A DNA stretch of 34,667 nucleotides from a virus (lineage: Duplodnaviria; Caudoviricetes): positions 1-34,667 of IMG/VR virus record IMGVR_UViG_3300024520_000267; one strand, 5' to 3'. Both the position numbers and the translations under genes were made by a program. Positions 28,083-34,667 of the stretch are shown here, in pieces (position 1 is the stretch's first letter; the number at the start of each line of letters is the position of its first letter). The notes below the pieces were generated by a model. The model searched no databases. It had not been told where the DNA came from and saw only the letters and a list, made by a program, of their open reading frames with translations.

Positions 28083-28395
28083 GTTAATCTCCAGTATATA
28101 AAGCCCCTCGCAAACAACTTGGAAGTGACGTGCGAGAGGCTTATAATTAATCTTGTTTTTTACGCAAGAATATAATTTTGTTTTAGATTTTCCAAGTCGT
28201 AAAAGGTTTATAGATTCGACCGTTCGGATTGTAAAGAGGTTATTTTATTTTAATATTAGATTCGTAACGCAATACGAAATTAGACATTACGGGTTTACAA
28301 ATTGCATGTCCGCCCGTAATGTCCATGCACAATATAATTAGTGGTCGAATACTACTCTAAATCATATTCAAAAACAACATTTAATAGGAGATGAT
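28083..28395. promoter_or_regulatory. divergent control region between the recombination and replication operons
   Basis: AT-rich gap between divergent genes; inverted repeats at 28101-28142, 28261-28278 and 28283-28323. Confidence 0.7.
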
Positions 28396-29121
28396 ATGAA
28401 GTGGTTTAAACACTTTTCAAATGCTCATTTAAGCAATTCTTTAGAAGATTTAATCAATGATTTTGGTTATGAGGGTTATGGTAGATACTGGCGTTTACTG
28501 GAAATTTTAAACGAATCTTTTGACGGCGAAACCTGTTTTTTTAAGATTCACAAACGCACAATTAGAACTTCTTTGCGGTTTAGGTCGGCGTTGCAAACGG
28601 ATAGCTTCGTCGTTGCAATCGGCTTACAAGCCGGTTACAAAGTAGTTGTAAGTGAAAACCATTATGAAATAGAAGCGCCTATCTTACTGGAACTAAAGAA
28701 TAGAGACTTTAAACGGGCGCGCACCGACCGTGTCACAGACACGTCTAAGAATAAGATAAAGAATAAGAATAAGATAAAGAGTAATAGTGCGGTAACTCCG
28801 TCACCTAAAAAGGCTTGTAATGAAACAATAGAAATAGTTGATTATCTCAATACGAAGCTAGGCTCCAAGTTTAAACCTACAAGCAAAGAAACAATAAAAT
28901 TAATTCAAGGAAGATTGAAAGAAGATTTTTCTATACAAGATTTTAAAACTGTAATTGATAATAAATATAGCACATGGCACAACGACGATAAGATGCGAAC
29001 GTATTTGCGTCCATCAACTTTATTTAGGGGCGGTAAGTTTGAGGAGTATTTAAACGAGACGATACCAGAGACTCACGAGGATAGGCTTGCTAAGTTCTTC
29101 GCGGACGCTGCAAATGGATAA
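28396..29121 (+). CDS. replication initiator protein
   Basis: N-terminal MKWFKH...GYGRYWRLLE (DUF4373-like); C-terminal YLRPSTLF...KFEEYLN (Phg_2220_C-like). Confidence 0.85.
   Translation: MKWFKHFSNAHLSNSLEDLINDFGYEGYGRYWRLLEILNESFDGETCFFKIHKRTIRTSLRFRSALQTDSFVVAIGLQAGYKVVVSENHYEIEAPILLELKNRDFKRARTDRVTDTSKNKIKNKNKIKSNSAVTPSPKKACNETIEIVDYLNTKLGSKFKPTSKETIKLIQGRLKEDFSIQDFKTVIDNKYSTWHNDDKMRTYLRPSTLFRGGKFEEYLNETIPETHEDRLAKFFADAANG
28746..28780 (+). repeat. tandem A-rich repeat in the initiator linker (origin candidate)
   Basis: TAAGAATAAGATAAAGA twice with an 18-bp period. Confidence 0.55.
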
Positions 29122-29947
29122 CGTTAATCCAGAAGCCGTCTTCTCGTGCAAGGAAGAGGCTGACTTATATTTAGAAGAGTTGGACAGGGTACAGTTTCAC
29201 ACGAAATACAATTTCTTAAAAGCCCATAACGGTTTTCGAAAAGGTAACATGCATACGTTTCTTGGAACGTCCGGCGGCGGTAAGTCTACGCTTACCAGAA
29301 GTTTGATGATTGATATGTTTCAAAACTTCTCGCATAAGGAAGATAAAATTCTACTTTGGTTATCCGAAGAGAGATCGAAAGACTATATCGCACAACTCCA
29401 TAAAACCGGTATGCCCTTCGAGTTAATTAATAGAATTATAGTTTATTCAGAAGTAGACGAAAACGGAAAGAACCGGAAAGATGTTATCAAGCGGCTTGAT
29501 TGGATTATAAGCGAACATAAACCAATGGCGGTATTCTACGACAACATAACCACGAGTATGGAATACGCAACGGTCACGATTCCAGAGCAAGACAAGTTCT
29601 ATCATCGACTCAAGACGCTAGCCCTAAACTCTGACATTCCGTTTCTCATAATGGCTCATACTAACGGAAAGATAACAGAAAACTATGAACACCTAATCGA
29701 CCAAAACGATATACGAGGTTCAAAACAACCGGCAATGATAAGCGAGTTTTTCTATATCCTACAAGCCTTTTACGTAAACGAGGTTAGGCATAACACGATA
29801 AGACTAACGAAATTTAGAGGCTCAAGTGTTGAACATAGATTGTATATGCTCGACTACAAGAAAGAGATGCAACTATTTGTCACTGATAGAAAACTAGAGT
29901 TCGAAGGGTTTAAAGAAATTTTCAAGACTAGGAATACTTTAAAATGA
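29114..29947 (+). CDS. RecA-fold (DnaB-like) helicase
   Basis: GTSGGGKST Walker A, VFYDNI, IMAH, DIRGSK and KFRG motifs. Confidence 0.8.
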   Translation: MDNVNPEAVFSCKEEADLYLEELDRVQFHTKYNFLKAHNGFRKGNMHTFLGTSGGGKSTLTRSLMIDMFQNFSHKEDKILLWLSEERSKDYIAQLHKTGMPFELINRIIVYSEVDENGKNRKDVIKRLDWIISEHKPMAVFYDNITTSMEYATVTIPEQDKFYHRLKTLALNSDIPFLIMAHTNGKITENYEHLIDQNDIRGSKQPAMISEFFYILQAFYVNEVRHNTIRLTKFRGSSVEHRLYMLDYKKEMQLFVTDRKLEFEGFKEIFKTRNTLK

Positions 29948-30135
29948 AATACATATTCGAAAACGAAATAGAATTAAATAGAGTTAGAACTTTAACTTCC
30001 GAAGAGAGAGTTAAATTAAAACTATACAAGAAATGTGTACTCGGCGAAATTAATAATCCGAAACTCTTTGCCGATCTTGCTATATATACACTTGAACACA
30101 GTTTAGACTTGTCGTTAATAAAACACTTGGAGTAA
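29944..30135 (+). CDS. hypothetical protein
   Basis: ATGA overlap. Confidence 0.65.
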   Translation: MKYIFENEIELNRVRTLTSEERVKLKLYKKCVLGEINNPKLFADLAIYTLEHSLDLSLIKHLE

Positions 30136-30137
30136 GT

Positions 30138-30521
30138 ATGGAGTTCCGCTTCACAATGCCGTTGCACGTAATTGCTAAGGGTAAAAAATATTCGATCAAC
30201 TTAAACCATTATCGCAATTGGCACTACCGCACAAGCTCAGTAATCAAGAAAACATACCAAACTCTCGCGGCGAAGCAACTAATCGGGTACAAGTTTCCTA
30301 ACGGGTGTAAGATTCGCTTTATTCTTATCCGACCAGACAAGCGGAGAGTGGACCGGTCGAACTTTCTTTCCGTTCATGAGAAATTTTTTTGCGATGCGTT
30401 AGTAATCAACGGATGTCTGCCGGACGATAACGACAAGTATATTCATGAAACTTCGTATATTACGGGTAATATGGACAAAAAAGCTCCGAGAGTCGAAATC
30501 GTGGTCTACGATACGGAATAA
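30138..30521 (+). CDS. RusA-like Holliday junction resolvase
   Basis: RRVDRSN...K...DALV...LPDDN...PRVEI. Confidence 0.8.
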   Translation: MEFRFTMPLHVIAKGKKYSINLNHYRNWHYRTSSVIKKTYQTLAAKQLIGYKFPNGCKIRFILIRPDKRRVDRSNFLSVHEKFFCDALVINGCLPDDNDKYIHETSYITGNMDKKAPRVEIVVYDTE

Positions 30522-30679
30522 ACACGCTCTCAGATTAACGAGGTTTTATCGTAATCAATTTCAATGCCAAACTGATACCAATACAAGGGTTCGTATTTTA
30601 AGCGTTCTTAATCAGGCATTTCACGGGTTCGCAGAAAAATCGGCATATGTTAAATATTACGCACCGGACAAAATATGTC

Positions 30680-30708
30680 TTGACAGTATTTACGCCCCGT
30701 GTTAATCT
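30680..30708 (+). promoter_or_regulatory. sigma70-type promoter
   Basis: TTGACA (30680-30685) N17 TAATCT (30703-30708) with an extended TG. Confidence 0.7.
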
Positions 30709-30736
30709 AGCTTTAGACAAACAACGGGGTAACGAG

Positions 30737-30952
30737 ATGAAAGTATGCGTAATAGATTATCCGTCCACATTTAGCTTTAACACTCGCGCAAAGTTTCCTG
30801 CGTTTAAGTATGGATGCGACGAGAGGGCTAGAATACTAGTCCAACATATGGCTAGACAGAAAGTTCATTCTCCTTCGCACGCTTATGAAGATTACGTGAT
30901 CGAGAGTATTGAGATTGTTGACGGTGTCGAGTTTTGGCATTTGGGTTCTTAA
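30737..30952 (+). CDS. hypothetical protein
   Basis: Start ATG 30737, downstream of the promoter; GGGGT upstream. Confidence 0.65.
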   Translation: MKVCVIDYPSTFSFNTRAKFPAFKYGCDERARILVQHMARQKVHSPSHAYEDYVIESIEIVDGVEFWHLGS

Positions 30953-30966
30953 TAGAGGAGAGAGTA

Positions 30967-31164
30967 ATGAGGGAAGAACTAAAAACCTTTCGCCGTTTAT
31001 GTAAAAAGGCTCGTGTTAATCCGAAAAAGGTCCGCGAGTTTTTCAGAGTACTCCCGAACGGCAGAGAAGGAACGGAAAGCGAGGTTAATAACTATATAGA
31101 GTTTGCGATGCAAGTTGATACTAAAATGGTAGTGGACGCTATTAAACAGGAGCGCAAAAAATGA
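30967..31164 (+). CDS. hypothetical protein
   Basis: GAGGAG upstream of ATG 30967. Confidence 0.7.
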   Translation: MREELKTFRRLCKKARVNPKKVREFFRVLPNGREGTESEVNNYIEFAMQVDTKMVVDAIKQERKK

Positions 31165-31385
31165 AATATACCAACGAACAGCTAATAAAAGTACTTACAA
31201 TTCTAGCATTAAACAAAGCTTATAAAGTATCAGTCGTAGACTCTATAGGAACTCTAGCTGCGCTAGCCGAGTTACTAGACAAGGACATCAAGGACGTACT
31301 AACTTTATATATGGCGGCACATCCTGACGAAGCTATAGAAATTAAGAACGCTCTAGACGCAATGGAAGGCGCTTTTATAGTATAG
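31161..31385 (+). CDS. hypothetical protein
   Basis: ATGA overlap; AGGAG upstream. Confidence 0.7.
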   Translation: MKYTNEQLIKVLTILALNKAYKVSVVDSIGTLAALAELLDKDIKDVLTLYMAAHPDEAIEIKNALDAMEGAFIV

Positions 31386-31394
31386 GAGACTGAA

Positions 31395-31574
31395 ATGGCA
31401 AAACGAAAAATTAAAGCAACTAAGAACAAGAAGACCGATATACGAATTAATGAAGCGATTCTTGCGAAACTAAAAGAGATCGGAAGAACGCCTCAAAAAA
31501 TCATAGACGAAGAGATAGAAAGACTCTTTGACGTGAACGCAACGGTCGAAGTTACCGTTACCGAGAAAGATTAA
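31395..31574 (+). CDS. small ribbon-helix-helix-like DNA-binding protein (59 aa, not in ORF track)
   Basis: KKTDIRINEAILAKLKEIGRTPQKIIDEEI; AGGAG upstream. Confidence 0.6.
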   Translation: MAKRKIKATKNKKTDIRINEAILAKLKEIGRTPQKIIDEEIERLFDVNATVEVTVTEKD

Positions 31575-31768
31575 TCTACTGCTTCGAGCATCACATGCGC
31601 GAAAAGCAAGTCGATACCCTCAATGTACGTATTATCGAAGCCTATAGAGCTAAATAATTCGGTTTTGACGTAACACTCTAGTTTATTGGCACACCTAATA
31701 GAGTCTATATCTCCTGTTTTCTTTAATCCTTCTATAAGATTAATCGTTTTAGTGTACGTGCTTTCCAT
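31571..31768 (-). CDS. hypothetical protein
   Basis: GGGAG upstream; overlaps the end of 31749-32351. Confidence 0.6.
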   Translation of the reverse strand: MESTYTKTINLIEGLKKTGDIDSIRCANKLECYVKTELFSSIGFDNTYIEGIDLLFAHVMLEAVD

Positions 31769-32351
31769 TTTCGGCTCCCGTTTTCGGTGTATGTCTGAAA
31801 TACGTTTTAAGGTCTTTGTATATTTCTTGACTCATATCCATAATGGCGCGGAGATTATCTTGATCTACTTTCGTCTTAACTAACTCGTTTACAACCGCGA
31901 ATCTAATACTCTTAATATCCTTAATCATTTTATCGAGGCGAATATCCTCAGGGGCTTTATTAACCTCTTCCTTATATGCGGCTAGTAGGTCTTTTGGCTC
32001 ATGCCCTCTTTTAAGTTTCTTCTTTGCTCGCTTTAGTGCCGGTTTAACAATATCACCTTTCACTTTCTTTTCAACATGACTCTCGGACTCATGAAAAATC
32101 TCATAATCAGATACCCAAGTATGAAGAGTGTTATATGGGAGTCTCAAACTCCCTTTATCTAATGATTCATTCAATTCTTTACAGAATCTTTTCAAGTAGC
32201 CCCATTCTTTAACTTCGGAGCCAAGTTTTCCAATTGCTCTACGGGTGTTTTCTACTTCATCCAATTTCCCTAGAAGCTTGATGTATTCAGCTCTACTTTT
32301 ACGTAAATAACTTTTATAGCGTGTCTTATATTGTTCGCCTATTTCTAGCAT
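31749..32351 (-). CDS. hypothetical basic protein, possibly DNA-binding
   Basis: 200 aa; HTH-like LPYNTLHTWV; divergent from the RHH gene. Confidence 0.65.
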   Translation of the reverse strand: MLEIGEQYKTRYKSYLRKSRAEYIKLLGKLDEVENTRRAIGKLGSEVKEWGYLKRFCKELNESLDKGSLRLPYNTLHTWVSDYEIFHESESHVEKKVKGDIVKPALKRAKKKLKRGHEPKDLLAAYKEEVNKAPEDIRLDKMIKDIKSIRFAVVNELVKTKVDQDNLRAIMDMSQEIYKDLKTYFRHTPKTGAENGKHVH

Positions 32352-32514
32352 ATCCTACCCTTTGGTAACTTTTGTCACCGTTTGTTAACAATTGTGTACG
32401 TTATAATATGAAACTGAATTTATTTAAACACGGCGTGTAAATTATATACAACTGCGTTAAATTGTTATGATTCTTAATTTTATGTAAATAATACTTAATT
32501 AACCTATTAATATG

Positions 32515-32543
32515 TTTATATTTATAACGAAGTGTGTTATTAT
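32515..32543 (+). promoter_or_regulatory. extended -10 promoter, probably giving a leaderless mRNA
   Basis: TTTATA N17 TATTAT with TG at 32535-32536; ATG 7 nt downstream. Confidence 0.5.
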
Positions 32544-32549
32544 AGATAC

Positions 32550-32744
32550 ATGAGTAAAGATAAAGAGAAATCGGTTAAAATTAATAAAGAGATATTAAAA
32601 GCTACCGAATACATTATAAAAGCTTCCGGCGGTACTATCAAAGAGTCTCAGGCGGTCGAGATGATGATTCGAGGGTTTTCGAAACTTATAAAGAAGGACG
32701 CGAAACTCGCCCGTGAACTTATGTTTTCTTTTGAAGACGAATAA
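32550..32744 (+). CDS. ribbon-helix-helix-like regulator
   Basis: KSVKINKEILK...SQAVEMMIR pattern. Confidence 0.55.
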   Translation: MSKDKEKSVKINKEILKATEYIIKASGGTIKESQAVEMMIRGFSKLIKKDAKLARELMFSFEDE

Positions 32745-32848
32745 AACTAACGCGTAACTCGCAATGTGTTACGAATATAATATTGAAATACTTGCAAACC
32801 ATTCACATCTCCCGTTAAACTTTGGTTATACTTAAGCAAGGATGCGAA

Positions 32849-33604
32849 ATGAGTTGGCGAGTTGGAATAATTAATGATCTACATATACCGTATCATTCTC
32901 ATAAAGCTATTTCGTTAGCATTAACAGTATTTAAAGACGCAAAAGTTAACGAGATCATTTTGAATGGAGATGTTTTAGATTTTTACACGATCAATTCCCA
33001 CGGCGCAAAACATCCCGACATTAAAGAAACTTTAGAGACTGAGCTAGAAGCCGGAAAAGAGTTTCTTGTTAAGCTTAGAAAAATGTTTCCAGATGAGAAG
33101 ATAACCTTTCTCTATGGGAATCATGAGTTTAGATTAGACCGTTTCGTGATGAAAGAATGCCCTCATTTTTGGAATATCTTGAGACTAGAAAATCAACTAG
33201 GACTTGAGAAGTTAAGAATCAACTGGCTTCCTTATCAAGAAGTATATTCACTCAATAAGAAATTGAAAGTCGTTCACTCTCCGCCTAGTTACGGAGTCAA
33301 CGGTGCAAGAACGTCATTGCTTAAGAAGATAGACGTTAGTTATATCTACGGGTGTACTCACAGAGTTCAACACTCTTGCGTAACTGGAGATAGCGGCGAA
33401 GTATACCACGCTTGGTTTAACGGATGGCTCGGAGACGCAGCGTCTAACGGAAACGTCTTCTCTTTTATGAAGGGTCATGAGTCTTGGCAATCCGCTTGTA
33501 TTATCGCCGACGTCATAGACGATTACGAGTTTCATGTACATCAACTACATTTAAACGGAAATAAAACAAGTTGGGGCGAAAACTACTATGACTTTTCAAA
33601 ATAG
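32849..33604 (+). CDS. calcineurin-like metallophosphoesterase
   Basis: DLH, GDVLD, GNHE, H and GCTHR motifs. Confidence 0.9.
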   Translation: MSWRVGIINDLHIPYHSHKAISLALTVFKDAKVNEIILNGDVLDFYTINSHGAKHPDIKETLETELEAGKEFLVKLRKMFPDEKITFLYGNHEFRLDRFVMKECPHFWNILRLENQLGLEKLRINWLPYQEVYSLNKKLKVVHSPPSYGVNGARTSLLKKIDVSYIYGCTHRVQHSCVTGDSGEVYHAWFNGWLGDAASNGNVFSFMKGHESWQSACIIADVIDDYEFHVHQLHLNGNKTSWGENYYDFSK

Positions 33605-33752
33605 GCTCATGGATTACTTAGAGCAAAGTTTGGACAATTTTATCACGATTGACGGTACTACTATCGTTCTAACAAAACCGATCGAGACGGCGTTGAATTG
33701 CGACGCCTCAAATTGGTATGAAAGACTAACAGAAAAAGAAATGGGATATTAA
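33588..33752 (+). CDS. hypothetical protein (54 aa, not in ORF track)
   Basis: MTFQNRLMDYLEQ...KEMGY; TAATG coupling to the next gene. Confidence 0.55.
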   Translation: MTFQNRLMDYLEQSLDNFITIDGTTIVLTKPIETALNCDASNWYERLTEKEMGY

Positions 33753-33982
33753 TGGAGCAAAACTTCCAAATAAACGAAGCGTATTTAATAACTTTCTGGG
33801 ACCATTGTATCGGTGTCGAAGAGACGCTAGTTAAGTCTAGAGTTCTAGGGTGGGTTTATTCTGAAAATATCGACCGAGTAACTCTCGTATATTGGTCCGC
33901 CGATGAAGACAATAAAGAGTTCGTTAATATCGCAAAGACCGCAATTTTAGACGTTCAAGAAATCGCTTTACATCAAGAATAG
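33752..33982 (+). CDS. hypothetical protein
   Basis: 76 aa; ITFWDH...LGWV pattern. Confidence 0.7.
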   Translation: MEQNFQINEAYLITFWDHCIGVEETLVKSRVLGWVYSENIDRVTLVYWSADEDNKEFVNIAKTAILDVQEIALHQE

Positions 33983-34032
33983 CCCGACCTATCGTATTGT
34001 CACAACACAACACGATACGACTTGGAGCTAGA

Positions 34033-34122
34033 ATGAATGAACAACTTCACTTATTAATTCTCTTTATACTGTTTATCTTTTGCAGTATGTACCTATACAT
34101 TTTCACAGGCATTAACTTATGA
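34033..34122 (+). CDS. 29 aa hydrophobic peptide
   Basis: MNEQLHLLILFILFIFCSMYLYIFTGINL; GGAG upstream; ATGA overlap with the next gene. Confidence 0.55.
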   Translation: MNEQLHLLILFILFIFCSMYLYIFTGINL

Positions 34123-34391
34123 GTTCGAATACGACTTACTGCCGCGTGTGTGTAAGTTACGAGAAGAGATCACTTTTCACCGACCGGATGCTTAAAGGGT
34201 TAGACCCTTCTGTATGCGATCATTGTATAAAAGCAAAGGCAATGCGACTAGATAACGTTGACACAAGTGGACAGCGAGAGTGTCTTAAGTGTTCAAAAAT
34301 ATTCGGAAGCGACCACGCATACAATCGACTATGTAAAAAGTGCAATGAAGGCGAAGAAATCAAGGCATACGATAGTTGGGGATGTATGTAA
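34119..34391 (+). CDS. double zinc-finger protein
   Basis: Four CxxC motifs (CRVC, CDHC, CLKC, CKKC). Confidence 0.7.
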   Translation: MSSNTTYCRVCVSYEKRSLFTDRMLKGLDPSVCDHCIKAKAMRLDNVDTSGQRECLKCSKIFGSDHAYNRLCKKCNEGEEIKAYDSWGCM

Positions 34392-34420
34392 TAGAAGTAA
34401 TAATACTGTGAGGGTTTTAG

Positions 34421-34667
34421 ATGACAGCAAGTAAAGAGAGTTTTGATGTTGCAGAGTTTAATAAGCACTGGGAGAAAGTCAGGGCAAAATATACTAGCGG
34501 CAATTATAAAGGATTCAAGAAAGGTTATCAAATATGCTTTTTAAATATATTTGAAACATTTAAAGCAAGTACAGAGAAGACCACTTTAAAGATAGAAAAA
34601 CTAGAAAGCGATAATAAGAAGCTTAGAGGAACCTTGACGACTATTGATAAGGTTTTAACTTTAGGTA
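34421..34667 (+). CDS. hypothetical protein continuing across the junction to position 56
   Basis: Open to the window end; joined to base 1 it reads ...VLTLGTLKAVTNSSECSIRSSES*. Confidence 0.7.
   Translation, partial: MTASKESFDVAEFNKHWEKVRAKYTSGNYKGFKKGYQICFLNIFETFKASTEKTTLKIEKLESDNKKLRGTLTTIDKVLTLG

Noticed and set aside
28153-28341. 62 aa ORF in the divergent control region
   Set aside because: TTG start with no SD, overlapping inverted repeats and promoter-like elements.
30445-30705. 86 aa ORF overlapping the RusA-like gene, and the extended start at 30647
   Set aside because: Both overlap a strong promoter at 30680-30708 and lack good SD sequences; likely non-coding.
1-34667. CRISPR array, tRNA, diversity-generating retroelement or invertible fibre cassette
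   Set aside because: I saw no spaced repeats, cloverleaf, reverse transcriptase or invertase. A tRNA/Rfam scan was not run.

Overview
Apparently a complete, circularly permuted ~34.7 kb siphovirus-type phage genome. An ORF starting at 34421 reads through the end/start junction and stops at 54-56, overlapping the ATG at 53. The + strand carries the packaging, head and tail operon (2507-24858): TerS, TerL, portal, two morphogenesis paralogs, scaffold, major capsid protein, a ~5 kb fibre/LamG-lectin block, head-tail adaptor, tail terminator, tail tube, -1 frameshifted chaperones, tape measure, Dit-like protein, fibre, hub and spanin candidates. A - strand operon (24921-28082) carries ssb, ERF recombinase, DEDD exonuclease, a C5 methyltransferase and an amidase endolysin. 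A + strand replication block follows (initiator, helicase, RusA-like), then ribbon-helix-helix regulators, a metallophosphoesterase and a variable array of small genes with an HNH endonuclease. I recognised no integrase, CI repressor, tRNA or CRISPR. Top signal: terL is interrupted inside its Walker A loop by TCA-TGA-TCT (Ser-stop-Ser). A 6-nt ribosomal hop between the two Ser codons would regenerate the exact GGSRSGKT motif, suggesting programmed stop-hopping. All product calls rest on motifs and synteny read by eye; no database searches were run.
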